A stretch of 64,000 bases of DNA, from contig CM052816.1 of NCBI GenBank assembly GCA_028534125.1, positions 35,528,001-35,592,000 of the forward strand, in the 5' to 3' direction. The position numbers and the translations under genes were made by a program. Under the pieces are notes generated by a model. The model saw only the letters and a program-made list of their open reading frames with translations, was not told where the DNA came from and did not search any database. Source of the DNA: Lama glama (Eukaryota). The number at the start of each line of letters is the position of its first letter. Position 1 is the first letter of the stretch. Shown here in pieces: positions 1 to 12,870 of the stretch.

Positions 1-359
1 GGGCAATACCCAGCGCCAGGAAAAGCTAAGGAAGCTTGACAGAAAAGTCACATTTAAGCTGGACCTTGAAAATTAGTAGGAGATGACTAACTAGTGTGGG
101 AAGGAGCAGATCGAGACAGGTATGATGTTGGGTTCTAAAACATGGCGGCCACCTATTACATCCATTCATTGTTTCAACAGATATTTATTGAGTGTGTGTT
201 TTGTGTCAGATATGGGTTTTGTCCTTAATTTTGACCCACACTCTTACAGCTGGGGAAGGGCCATCATTTTTATCCTGCCAGGTGGCTGTCTCTCATAGTC
301 TGCTCCTGCCAGGTACCACAACAGGGGACAAAATGGTGAGCAGAACCAAACAAATACAA

Positions 360-770
360 GCAAGATTATTTAGGCCTAGCTTTAGCAACTAGTAACAGAA
401 ATCCCTAAATAACAATGGCTTAAGCATGGTAGAATTTTATTTTTCTCTCATCTAAATGTCCAGACCTATGACCTAGAGTTGGAATGACAGCATTCATTTT
501 CTTTTATCTCGTCACTCCGTCAACCTCATGCAGCTATCACTTGCTGATTCAAAATGGCTGCCCCAGCCCCAGCCCCAGTTCTCTTGTCTACATTAAACCA
601 ATAGGAAGGAGAAAAGGAGGAGGAGATCAGCATTCATCTTCTCTTTACAGACACTTCTGGAAGTCACAAACGTCACTTTTCATCAATACCCCACTTTCCA
701 GAACTTACACAACCACAACTAGTCTTCATTAGTTGACAGCCATATGCCCAGCTAAAAATCGAAGGAAAAA
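360..770 (-). mobile_element. Old MaLR LTR (MLT1-type) remnant
   Basis: GTAACAGAAAT...AACAATGGCTTAAGCA...AATTTTATTTTTCTCTCA resembles the reverse-strand MLT1 terminus. Confidence 0.55.
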
Positions 771-1237
771 AGACAAATATTGAGAGGCAATGGTCTGTGC
801 TGCGGAAAGGAGAGATTCAGGATGAATATTACTCTGCAGACTATTCCCTTAAGCTGAAAAATAGAATTGATAAGCAGAAGTTAACTGTTGTTTTAATGTC
901 TTTTAAGATCTTTACTACATAATTACATTGTTTTAATGATAGCTATTTAGAACTAGTAATTTAGAAGAAAAGTGTACTTTTTCCCCCCTAAATCAGGAAA
1001 CAAATGTATTTTTTTGTCTGTGTGAGTTAATTGACCACTGGTTAAGGCAATTGGTTTTTGAAAGGTGACTCTATACCCAATAGGTATATCTTTATTCTTT
1101 CATGTTTTGAGTGCTTTGTATGATACATTTTAGAGGAAAATACAATGATTGAAAACACAAAATAGAAGTCAGTAACAAGATTTCTCACTAATAGCTAAAG
1201 TCTGAAATATTTTTAATTATTGTATTAAACCATATCT

Positions 1238-1748
1238 ATGTGATGGCTACAAAGGAGCACCACTCAGACTCACCCCCACAAAGAACCTATAGTGAGCGGT
1301 ACTATTGATTGAAATGTCTCTGGATCCTCAAAAGTTTTACACTGAGGCCATATACCCTCTGGCTGTTCCCTTCCAATGGCTGAGCACAGCGGGGGTTCTA
1401 GAGAAGGGTTCCAAGCCTGATCCTCAAGAGGCTTTGCAGCTTCTGCTCTCAGAATTAATCTGTCAAAGCCACACGAAGAAGCCCAGGCACTCATTCTCCT
1501 GAGGATAAGAGACTGTGTGGAAAGAGTGGTTTTGTCAATAGCTGATACTAACTACCAGACCTGTGAGGACATCTTGAACCATACAGCTCCAGTCAAATTG
1601 CCAGATGACTTGCCACCACATGAATAATCCTAGGCAAGAGCTGCAGAAGAACCCCTTGTCTGAGTCCAACTCACATTTCTGAACGACAGAATCATGAGCA
1701 AGTCAAAATTTTGGAGCAGTATAATAAGCAGCAATAAATAACTGATAC
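1238..1748 (+). mobile_element. MaLR LTR (MLT1-type)
   Basis: Ends in GCAGCAATAAATAACTGATACA, the typical MLT1 3' end, preceded by CAGAATCATGAG. Confidence 0.7.
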
Positions 1749-1749
1749 A

Positions 1750-2110
1750 CACCTAAATATGAGATGCAGGGTGGCTGAAGATTAAAAATAAATATACATG
1801 GCAAACACTAACAAGATGAAAGTTCAGCATTCTGTATTAATACCAAACAAGACAGAATTTACAACAAAGGCCATTATTAGTATTAAAGAGGGTCAATATA
1901 ATTCTAAACTGTGTACAACTATTAAAATGTTCTCAAAATACATAAAGCAGAAAAAGGGAAAAGACAGAGCTACAAGAAGAAATAGATAAATTCATAATCA
2001 ACATAACTCTCTTAGTGATTAAAATAGGTCAAGCAGACAAAAATATAAGTGTAAAGGAAATTTGAACAGCACAGTTAAAAAGCTGGGTTTACTCAACATA
2101 TATAAAGACC
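1750..2110 (+). mobile_element. Old L1 fragment (degenerate ORF2 endonuclease-region-like)
   Basis: A-rich; ATACATGGCAAACACTAAC...ATTAATACCAAACAAGACAGAATTTA...AAAATACATAAAGCAGAAA resembles the start of L1 ORF2. Confidence 0.55.
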
Positions 2111-2119
2111 CTTATGTTC

Positions 2120-2605
2120 TGTGGTAGGAAGAATTCTAAGGTGTTCCCCAACATTCCCACTCCCTGACACACATCCTATATAGTCTCTCCCTTTGAGTGT
2201 GTGCAGGGCTTTTGAATATGATGGGGTAATCCTTGATTACATTATGTTATATATAACTCCATCTTATCACGCTGGAAAGAGATACTCTCCTGCTGGCTTT
2301 AAAAATGTCACCTACTGTGTGTGAACCCACATGGCTAGGACCAGAATGGGCTCTAGGAGCTGAGAGCAAACCCTGGCCAATAGCCAGTAAGAAAGTGACA
2401 AATACAGCATTACAGCTACAAGGAACTAAATACTACCAACAATCTGAATGACCTTGGAAAAAGACTTTGAGCTGCAGATGAGAACACTGCTAGTGGATAC
2501 CTCGATTTCAGTCTGTGAGGCCGTGAGCTGAGGACCCATGCCCAGACTTCTGACTTACAGAAACTGTGAGATATTAAAAATCGATGTTGTTTTAAGACTC
2601 TAAAT
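2120..2605 (+). mobile_element. MaLR LTR (MLT1E/F-like)
   Basis: Starts TGTGGTAGGAAGAATTCTAAG; contains CAAGGAACTAAATACTACCAACAATCTGAATGA and GACTTCTGACTTACAGAAACTGTGAGAT. Confidence 0.8.
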
Positions 2606-2704
2606 TTTTTAATATATATCATTTATATGCATTTTTATATTTTAGCTACATAAAATTGACATAAGTGAATTAATTCTGTACACATAATTTTGAAACTTGC
2701 TCTT

Positions 2705-3252
2705 GCTTTTTTATTGACGTATAGTCAGTTTACAATGTTGTGTTAATTTCTGGTGTACAGCATAGTGACTTATTTATACATATATATATTTCTTACCATA
2801 TTCTTTTCCTTTCTAGGTTATTATAAGATATAGAATATAGTTCCCTGTGCTGTACAGTAGAACTTTGTTGCTTATCTATTTTATATATAGTAGTTAGTAT
2901 CTGCAAATCCTGAACCCCTAATTTATCCTTCTGCATCCCTCCCTCCGCTTTCTCACCATAAGTTTGTTTTCTATGTCTCTGAGTCTGTATCTGTTTTGTA
3001 AATAAGTTCATTTGCATCCTTTTTTAGATTCCACATGTAAGTGATATCATATGATAATTTTCTTCTTTTTCTCTTTCTGGCTTTGTTTCCTTAATATGAC
3101 ATTCTCCAGGTCCATCCATGTTGCTGCAAATGGCATTATTTTATTGTTTTTTTTAATGGCTGAGCAGTATTCCATTATAGATATACCACAACTTCTTTAT
3201 CCAGTCATCTGTTGATGAACATTTAGGTTGCTTTCATGTCTTGGCTATTGCA
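2705..3252 (-). mobile_element. L1 3' end, 5'-truncated (lineage-specific type)
   Basis: T-tract then TATTGACGTATAGTCAGTTTACAATGTTGTGTTAATTTCTGGTGTACAGC, and TCCATCCATGTTGCTGCAAATGGC further in. Confidence 0.9.
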
Positions 3253-4852
3253 AGGCTTTAAATTTGCATTAATTTGTTACCGAGGAATAGAAAGCCCATA
3301 TAGACTTAACCATTAGAGAAGCATATTCTTCTCAACTACATGTTGAATGTTTATTAAAATTGATCACAGACAAGGTCTCAGGGCAAGTTGCAGCAAATTT
3401 CAGGTAACTGATGTCATACAAACTATGTACTTCGATCCCAGTACAATTAACATGACAATCTATTCATGAGTTTCAGGGAATCCAGAAGTTTTCAGTGCCC
3501 TAGGGCAGCCTAGAAATGCTGAGAGGGCTGGCCATACATAAGCAGGAGCATGAGATCAGGAGAAAGAGGCTGCCATGAATGGACATGTTGGAGCCAGAAA
3601 CAAGTGACTGTGACTGTGGACTCACCAGTGGTGTCTGTGCCTGAATACTTCCCAAATGGCCAGGGACTGGCTGTTCTACTCCAGTCACCGGTCCAGTTAG
3701 CCGAGCAGCTGCCCAACAGGAGGGCCAGCAATGACTGTGAGGATGTATCTCCCCTCACAATTCCAGAGTCAAAAAGCTCTCCCATACCCCAAAGCTATCT
3801 GGAGAGAAGCAGGGCAGAGAGAAGAGAAATGAAAGAGTGAGCATCGAGCTGAAAGAGAATGAATGTCCCTTCAGTGACGGCAATGAAGACAACTAAAATG
3901 GAAACAGATTCAGATACTACTGATGGATTAGCTTCAAATTTTTGGTGATTTCCCCTGCTATACAGCACGGGTGGCTGGTGAGGTGTTTTTTCCCCCACAC
4001 CTGAGAGGAGAAGGATTAAGAATTTTTTAACATACCACACACAATGTTCTTTAAAACTCATTTAAAAGAATGATACTTAAATTTTAGTATCACATCTCAT
4101 GGCAGATGTCTGCTTGTTAGCTCTATCTCTACACCACTCTACACCAGAATCTTAAACTCAAGTGCTTAACGAGGGCCAGGGAGGTAATGAATGAAGCAGA
4201 CTCAGTTTAAAAGAATAGGATATGGTGAGTCTTTGGTAATGTAAGGGGCACATGCCCCAAATAAAAGCACCTTAAGATCTATGGATCTGTTCCATCCAAT
4301 GGGCCACCATCTTGCATCTTCATATATGTATGTTTTTTTCTTTATTACGGCTTGATCAAATCGTATCATAGTTAAATAATTTTATATGTTTCCCCAAAAA
4401 AGAGATCTTCCAAATGCTGGAAAAGTGTTCTATTCATCTTTATATCCCCAGGATATATCCCCGAGCATACAGTAAGCCTGCAATAAATGCTTGTGGTGGA
4501 AATGATGAATGAATGAATGAATGACCAGGGGCTCATAGCAGCAAACCATCCAGATCAATGCATTAACTGAAGGATGGCAAGATAATCAAATCACGAATGT
4601 GAGCAGAGGGCCCCTCACAAGGGTCGGCCTGTCTGTGATGTGACATGCAAACAGCTGATGTCTCTCTGCTTAATGACTGTCTGTAACCTGAGATTCTAGA
4701 AGCTCAGTGTTTGGAAAAGGCACTAATTTCTTAAGGTGGTGGTGGTAGGATGGTGGAAGAAGGGGGAAGTTCCTCAGTTCCGTCTGAGGAAAACTGCTTT
4801 GGAGAACTGGGTAAAAGAGTGGCACCTCAGAGGGGGTGGGAGGTGTAGGGGA

Positions 4853-4902
4853 GTGTGAGCGTGTGTGTGTGTGTGAGTGTGCGTGTGAGTGTGTGTGTGT
4901 GT
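4853..4902. repeat. Interrupted (GT)n microsatellite
   Basis: GTGTGAGCGTGTGTGTGTGTGTGAGTGTGCGTGTGAGTGTGTGTGTGTGT. Confidence 0.9.
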
Positions 4903-5699
4903 GGCTGGGGTAGGAGTTGGAGAGTGGAAGGTAACTGGGAGGGTCTCTCCTAAATATTGTTGCATCTGAAACGCAGAAAAAGATCTTTTCACTTGATAAC
5001 ATTTTCAAACCAGAGCAATCCCAAGCCTCTAGGCTGCCTTGTTACTTTTTTTTTAATTTTTAATTTTCAAAAGCCTTTCAAGGCTCATTTGTGTTTCTCC
5101 ATTTTTACATAAACAGTTGATTACATTCATTAAGTGAAACATTCAATGAGAAAAGACAGAGAGACAGAGTGAGAGCAAGGGAGAAAATTCTGCTTCTGAT
5201 TACTTCAGATTAGTGAAGCCTTGGTTATTTCCTGAATGGAATGCCATTAATCAAGTCCCTAAGTTGAATCATTTTTTAAAAATGGAAAAAACTAAGCTTC
5301 AAACGCAACCTTCAAAATAGCCAAAAAATATAGCAGAAACCTTTTTGGAAAAAGGGTTCCAAATTAAAGAAACGTCTAATTGTTTAAAATTAAAAAAACT
5401 GGTGTTTATAGTTTTGCCAGTCAGGAGTCCTTCTGGGCTATTCAATAATGTTCTACTCATATGTCTGAAATTTTCTGAAATAGGTTAAACATTTTAATGC
5501 ATTTTTAGCAATATAATTTGCTTGATAAGTCTATTTTTCCATGAATGATGATGATTATGCTCAGTATAGTGTCTAAATTGTGGGACTACATCAAGATTTT
5601 AAAAAGGTGTATTTCAAGAACAGAAGGATTCAGAAAATCATCAGAAAACCTACTAATGCAATTCAGCATATTAACAGATTAAAAAAGAAAAACATAGTC

Positions 5700-6090
5700 A
5701 CACTCATTGTTTATTTTGCTCAAGAACCTGTAATTTGGGCAGGACTTGGTAGAGACAGTCCATCCCTGCTCCACACAGCTTTTGCTGGAGTGGCTCAACT
5801 GGGACTTCTAATTCAACATCCCAGATAGCTCACCTACAATCAAGTTGGTACTAGCTGTTGCCTCTGAGTCCAGCTGGGATGTTGAGGGGAGGCTCGGTTC
5901 CTTTCCACAGCGCTGCTTGGGCTTCTTTACATTGTGCAGCTGGGTTCCCAAAGACTTGGGCGGAAGCCGCGGGGCTTCATAGGATTTAGTCTTGGGAGCT
6001 CCATAATATCATGTCTACTGCGTTGTTTCTATGAATATGGGTTAAGCAAGTCTCTTAAGCCACCCTAGATTCAAGGGGAAGGGACTACCT
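5700..6090 (-). mobile_element. MaLR LTR (MLT1G/H-like)
   Basis: TTTATTTTGCTCAAGAACCTGTAATTTGGGCAGG...CTAGATTCAAGGGGAAGGGA. Confidence 0.65.
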
Positions 6091-6184
6091 AGCCTGGTTT
6101 GGAGGTGCTGGCTTTTATAGGAGTTGTAGGAGAATACAAGCTGTGTGCATCTGGAGTCCCCTACCTCTCAAGGGGCAGATGTTC

Positions 6185-6420
6185 TCATCAACACTTGTTA
6201 TTTACCGTTTTTTGAAAATTATTACAACCATTCCAGTAAGTGTGAAGTGGTATCTCCTTGTGGTTTTGATTAGCATTTCCCCTAATGACTAGTGGTGTTG
6301 AGCATCTTTTCCTGTGCTTATTGGCCATTTTTTTTAGAAGTTCTATTTTCTTCTTTTACTACAAGTACAGTCAATTACAATGTGTCCATTTCTGGTGTAC
6401 AGCACAATGTCCCAGTGTTT
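6185..6420 (-). mobile_element. Two adjacent L1 fragments (ORF2 3' region, then a short 3'-tail piece)
   Basis: GTGTGAAGTGGTATCTCCTTGTGGTTTTGATTAGCATTTCCC..., then GTACAGTCAATTACAATGTGTCCATTTCTGGTGTACAGCAC. Confidence 0.75.
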
Positions 6421-7064
6421 CCTCTTAGCCTGGTCATATCTCTAAGAGTCTTCTCGCAACAACTGGAGGACAAGAGTCTGGCTGACTGAACCAGAAGCCC
6501 AATGAGGCATGAAGGTCTCTGCATTCAACATTCGGTTACGTATATGGTCACTCATTCCCCCTGTTTTGCCTTGTACACATGTTTCCTCAATAGTGGATGA
6601 ATTCACTTCCCTATCATCCTCTGCAAAGAGATTCCATTTTACTCTCTCCAGGGATAAATCTCCAGCTCTGCCTGGATGAACAATAGGCAGTTGACCAGAG
6701 GCATGGAGAGGAGGAGGGAATTTTAAAGTCTTACCACATCTCAAGCAATATTTACCCCATACTCCTTATTATAGCTTGACCCCAGTGCACACACCGGTAT
6801 ACGGACACACTTCACCACCAGCTCCAAATGTACCTGGAATGAACAGTTCCTAAGACTTTTCAAGACTCTGGAGTAGATTATGAATTTATTCATTCTCAGC
6901 TTTCTCAGCTGTTAGCTCAAGATCTGATCTTCTAGTCAGTTTACTCTCAACCATCCACTTTCCACCTTACGAAACAACTGTGTTGCCGTTTTCTCCTCTC
7001 AACTTGTCCCCATGTTGAGAGTTTCTGACTTTTTAAAGTATACCTTATTTCTGGTCAAAAGGTA

Positions 7065-7370
7065 AAAACTTTTAGTTATAAAATAAAAATAGTACTGGGG
7101 ACATAGTGTAAACAAGTCCAGGCACAGCGTGGTGACTATAGTTAACAACGCTGTATGTATATTTGAAGATTGCTAAGAGAGTAGGTCTCAAAAGTGCTCA
7201 TCACAAGAAAAAAATTTCAGCTATGTGAGGTGATCGATGTTAACTAAAGTATACTGTGGTGATCATTTTGCAGTTTATACATATATCAAATCACTATGTT
7301 GGACATTTTGAACTAATACAATGTTGTATGTCAATTATAGCCCAATAAAACTAAGAGGGGGAAAAAAAAA
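7065..7370 (+). mobile_element. L1 3' end (L1MA9-like) with poly(A)
   Basis: GTGACTATAGTTAACAAC...TTGCTAAGAGAGTAGGTCTCAAAAGTGCTCATCACAAG...AATAAAA + A-tract. Confidence 0.85.
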
Positions 7371-7689
7371 CTTTGGCTGCAGTTTTAGCATGGTTTGGGG
7401 AAGGACTGAGATTAGATCTTATCCCAGTCAACACCTTAACCTAGAGTCTTATCAGCTTCTAGCTGCTGATCAGTGTTTAAATTTGTCCCGTGTAGAAATG
7501 TTAGCATCTGAAAGTGAGTAGGGAAGATCTACATGAAAATAATCTAGTCTGTAAGCTAAGGCACTATAACTTTCTGATCTATAACCAAGCTTGTAAAACG
7601 TCTCTGAAATGGCTAGATATTGTACATTCTTTGGTGGTTTAATGTCTACAAATTTTTAAGTTTACTGGTGTGTAAAAGTTTATTGGATG

Positions 7690-7900
7690 ACATAGCTGTG
7701 GATCTTGGAACTGGATTTCATGGTTTCAAAACCAGATCTTGGGTAGTTTACTGAACTCTTTTGAGACTTGGTCTGTTCAATTCCAAAAAAGAAATGATAT
7801 GTATTGACCTCATAGATTTATTGAGAGAATGAAATTAGTTAAAACATATAAAGTATTTTAAATAGTGCCCAGTATCTAGTAAGTACACAATAAATGTTAG
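7690..7900 (+). mobile_element. MIR SINE
   Basis: Degenerate MIR core and tail ...ACCTCATAGATTTATTGAGAGAATGAAATTAG...ATAGTGCCCAG...AATAAATGTTAG. Confidence 0.7.
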
Positions 7901-9325
7901 GAATTAGAATTGAAATGCAATTTAATGTATTGACATTAAATTTTCTTGAGTGTGCAAATCCTTAAGATAAATTTTGTATAGTATTTATGAAATTAAATGG
8001 CCTTACCTGTCTTTAAAAAGTGACCTTTGAAAAAGTTAACACTTTTGTTTCTTTAACAGGAAAATTTAAAACATAATTTAGTAATTTTTAGTTTGTACTT
8101 TACTTAAACGTCATCCTATCCTGCCAGAATTTCTGTGAAAATAATTATACTGACATAAATTAAAACTGTGAAGTAGCCATTTTGTATGTCAATTTAATAG
8201 AGTCAGTATATAATTAAGAGCAAGTTAAACCCTCTGTGATAGATATTTCCTTCATTCTTTAGGTGACACATGTTCTAAAGAATTACCTCTTTCTTTTGGT
8301 AGTTAAAACCATGCAATTTTTTTTGTCTTTCTACTATCAAAATGAACTCCCCTTTATGCCTTGCTGCCTAACTAGAGGATATAAGGCTTCCCTGCTGATA
8401 AAAATATTTTACCACTTGAAAACCAGCATTACAGTATCTCTTTTCTAGCCTCTGGTTGAAATATACCATGGAGCAACAGTGACATCTGGTGGTCATTTAA
8501 GTTCATTACATATAACTATGCCCTTGGAATTATTTCACTTGGATTTTGAGGCTCTTTTTTATTAAACAAACAAAAAACCAAACAAAAATAAAATACAACA
8601 CTTTTCATTGAGTACTCTCATATGTTACGAGGTTCAGAAGTTGTTTTTAGGTAAAATTTGTAGAAGATTACAAAAGTAATGAGATTTCCTATGCAATGAA
8701 AATCAATTAGGAGATACTATAATTTAATTTTAATACACAAAAATGGCAACTAGGTTTACCTTTTTTCATTGTTTTTAGGTTACAAAAACTATATTGATTC
8801 TTCAGAAAATATATGAGGATTTTGCAGAAGATTCCACTCACAAATCAATTAAAAAGACATCAAAACCAAAAAAAAAAAACAACTATGACAATAAAAAAGC
8901 TAAGTATAAGGACAATATTATCAACACTGGGCTAACGGGACATGTCTAATCTTGTCTATAAACGTTGCAAGGAATGAGTGAAGAATAATTCAATTTAGAG
9001 CAGGGTAAAGGTAAATGCCAGGAGTCAAAGAGAAAAGGACAAGTGGTAGGGCAAGACATTAGAAGATACTTCTTTCATTCTGTCCAGTTTGAAAGTAGTA
9101 GAACTGATGACAGAAGCATGCTAGGAAAAAGACATGGAATCTAGTCTTTGGGGGCCCTTGAGCCCACTTTACAAGACAGAAGCTTAAAGAGGTACCAAGC
9201 AGAAGAGTTGTTCTCTTGACCCATCACAAAGTGGGGAAGAGATGGGGAAGAGATGGGGATAATTCCTCGATCTTAAGTGACAGAGGCAGGTAATAGCAGG
9301 TGAGTGCAGAGATGTTAGGGCAGCC

Positions 9326-9358
9326 ACACACACACACACACACACACATAAACACACA
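9326..9358. repeat. (CA)n microsatellite
   Basis: CACACACACACACACACACACACA... Confidence 0.9.
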
Positions 9359-10559
9359 TGACAAAATGACAAAATGACTGTTCTCCAAAGTGGTTCGCTC
9401 ATCCTGAAGACAACAGAAAAACACACTGAAAGTAAAATGTTCTCACAATTGGTTAGGAAACATAACTATCTGAATTCATTTAGGCGCAGGTGCAGGGGTT
9501 TCAACAGAATTATGAAGAAAGAGAAAGCAGAGATAAATTTGCCTGAATACCGTGACCCATAGATATAGCTTTCTCCCTGTTCATCTCAGGCAGCTACATA
9601 AACGAACAGCAAATACAAACTAACAACATCGAGTCTTCTAGCTCTAAGTGAAGGCTAAAATACTGCCCAGGGAAATAGAAAGGTAAATCAATGAGAAGCC
9701 ATAGATGGTATTTTTAGGCAAATGATAATCCTGAATAAACTATTCTGATTCAAAGTTGAGAATAAAAGAGACAACAATCTTTAATGATGTCGATACAAGA
9801 GAAAAAGAAAGTGAACACCAGCAACAAAGAGCATACTCTGGATGAAGTTTACTCCTGTAAATGGAAAAAAGATCCAGGAAACAATGTTTAATAATGTCAG
9901 AGAAAAACTGACACCGGAAAATAAAATAAAAATAGAACAGAGTCAAGTATTTTAGGAGGAAGATAGTAGCATTGCTGGACCTCAAATTTATTAGGAGCAA
10001 AATTTACCCTCCAGAAGAACAAACTAGTGACACTGAGATGTGTTTAAGATATCCACACAATGTAGAGGGGAAAAAAGGATACAGGTAATTTAGAAAAAAG
10101 ACGATAGATGTAGAAGAAAGACAGTAGAAAGCCAGAATATAAATAATTGGTACAGATAAATGGACTGGCCCTATGGAACACAATTTTTTAAACTTTCAAT
10201 AAATGGAGGCATACCTAAATCTCCAGATTTAAAGGGATTGCTGTATTACAGATAAAAATTAATTAACTGGAATAAACAGCTCCACAAAATCATGTATAAA
10301 TATGATTAATATCTTATTAATTTGATTTAATTATTCATTTTCCTCACTACTGTATTAGCAGGAAGTCCTGTTATCTCCTTCTTGAATCTCCAACCTCTTG
10401 CAGATCTATCCAAGAATACTCGTGGTCCTTACAATTTCAAAAATGTCAAAAGGAGGATACTCCAGCCTCCATATCTATGCAGGAAGAGAACTGCACTCCG
10501 ATCAATAGTCCCCACTGCAACCCAACAGGTTACTGAAAACCAGTTCATACAAAGGATGG

Positions 10560-11330
10560 AAATAGCAAACCACCATTAGACAAATTGTACACTAATAATT
10601 TGGTGTTTGACAATCATCAAGGGATGCTAAAATTAGTGGGCAAGGTATAATGAAAAATTGGATAACCTCAAAGAAACTCTCTCCAAGATATTTATTAATT
10701 GAAAAGGAAAAAAAAACCAAAATGTCACATTAGCAAAATGCTGCAGACACCACTTTAACCAAGTGAGTAAGGTTAATGTCATCCCCAGTAATGTGGCAGA
10801 GAGAGATCACCGTACCTCCTGATATGATGCACTGATAAGAGTGTCTTCACTTCTGTGGGTTTTTTTTTTTTTGCCAAAAATGCATACTTTCCATCTATTC
10901 ATGCATACCATTACCAAAATACCAAATACCAGACAAACCCAAATTGAGGAACATTCTAAAAAATTAACTGACCAGTAAGTGCTCTTCAAAAGTGTTAAGA
11001 CTCTGAAAGACCAAGGAGCCCCAAAGAAATGTGACAGAGAGGAGATGAAGGAAGCATGACAACTAAATACAATGTGGGATTCTTAATAGGATCCTGGACT
11101 CAAAAAAGGACAGTAGTGAGGAAACTGACAACATTTGAGTAAGACCTATAATTTAGTTGATTTTATTTTTTCAATGTTCATTTCCTGGTTTTCATAACTG
11201 TTATGATTATGTAATCTATTGTTTACATTATGGGAAGCTGCATGAAGGGTGAATGGGAATAGTCTGCACAATTTTTGCAACTTAGTTCTCTAAGTCTAAA
11301 ATTATTTCAAAGTATAAAGGTTTTTTTTAA
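10560..11330 (+). mobile_element. Old L1 3' region (L1MC-like)
   Basis: CAGACAAACCCAAATTGAGGAACATTCT...CATGACAACTAAATACAATGTGGGATTCT...TTTTTGCAACTT...AAGTCTAAAATTATTTCAAA. Confidence 0.8.
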
Positions 11331-11699
11331 GCCCATACAATTCACTTAATCCTGACATGGCTCCCTGTCAGGGGCACATTGTCCTTAAAAGGGAATGGCC
11401 CACAGTGCTGTCCCAGCCAAGTTTGTCCCTCCCTTGTGCTCCTTGGAGAGCAGCTCTTTGTGCCCAATTCTTTCCAGTTTTTTATACACAGACATATCTC
11501 AGGGTTTCTGTTGGGCCAGAAGTTCTGGGGTGGGACTAGTTTCCGGTTTTGGCCTCCTCATGATGTCAAAACCATGTCTGCCTTTCACCATAGAGAACAA
11601 TCTGCAGAGCAAGTAGCGTTTTTATTTTTAACTCTTAAAATATGAAAGGGCAGATTACTACCTTTTCCCCAAGCTATTCTCCCACCTCACTCACCCCAG

Positions 11700-11995
11700 A
11701 CGGAGCAGACTTGGTTGGTGCCCATCCCACATGCCCTCACCACCTGAGTTCACATGTACCTGCTACAGGCAGTTTCCAGCGTGCTGAGGTCCCTCCTCCA
11801 GTGCCTCTTCACTTCTTGGCCTGAGAAATCTTTATAACAGTGAAGGATCTTTGTTCTGGCCGGCAAGTGTAACCTGCAGTGGTGGGAGGGGGTGGAATTG
11901 CTTTTAGAGACAAGACAGTGACCTGCTTAGATAAATCCAGCAGGATGGAGGTCAATGATCATGAGCTCATAGTGAGGTCAACCTTCTCTGTTGTG
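11700..11995 (+). mobile_element. ERVL LTR fragment (LTR16/LTR33-like)
   Basis: GCAGACTTGGTTGGTGCCCATCCCACATGCCC resembles the 5' end of this LTR group. Confidence 0.45.
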
Positions 11996-12870
11996 TGACT
12001 TCCCCCATAGATGTCAGCTGTGCTGATGCAGACATGAACAAAGCGGGTCGTTTAGTTTATCCAGGGTAGATTTGGCCAGACATGGGACAAAAGATAAAAG
12101 GGCACAGTAATTTAGAGAATTAGCAAAGGTATTGTTGAAAGGATAAACTTTTAAATTTAAGCTAGAAGAAAGAGAAGTGTAAAAAAAACGGCTGGCAGAT
12201 GATAAGAAAGTGGAGAAATCAATGAATATGTTTTATGCATTTCCATCTTTATCCGTATTTCCTACATTTGCTGAATGAATGTAATCACTCTTTTAAAAGA
12301 GTGAACCTTTTCTTTTATTCTTTATACCTTAACCATGTTATATACTCTTGCATATATTTAATTTTAGTTATCAAATATTTTACATAAAGAGAGAATGCAG
12401 AGGTGAAACTACAAAATTTACTTCTGTTCCAAATCTCTTTACTAGGTAGATTATATAGTCAAACCTTCCATTTTACAGCTGATGCAACCCATGCTTTGTT
12501 TCTCTAATAGAGGACTTCTTTTTCTTCTTAAAAGAATAATCATCCTTAGTTGATAATCGATTGGAACTGCTGTATCTTCAGGTGCCTGTTTTCAGGGAGG
12601 TTCCAGTCAGGGCACGAATTTAGTCGCAGGGAGACGCGACAAAATGGACGTGATATTCCTCTAGGAAGGCCTGCTGACCACACGCAGTCACCACATTCTA
12701 GGGTCTTTTCCTCACCTTGTCAAGAACAATGTGGCTGGTGCTCACGAACTCTCCAGCTGCTGTGTCTGTCCAGCAAGGCCAGGTGGAGTTACATGACAGT
12801 CCAAGTTATGTTTAAATGGCCCCGACAACTGGTCACAACCCTGGGGCCACAGGGGAGAACTTCATAGACA

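Noticed and set aside
3470..4040. Cluster of 60-96-aa ORFs; possible processed pseudogene
   Set aside because: No recognisable protein, poly(A) or TSD; more likely an old LTR-like remnant that I cannot name.
6442..6744. 100-aa minus-strand ORF; possible pseudogene or exon
   Set aside because: Non-ATG start and no similarity to any protein I recognise; sits between L1 fragments.
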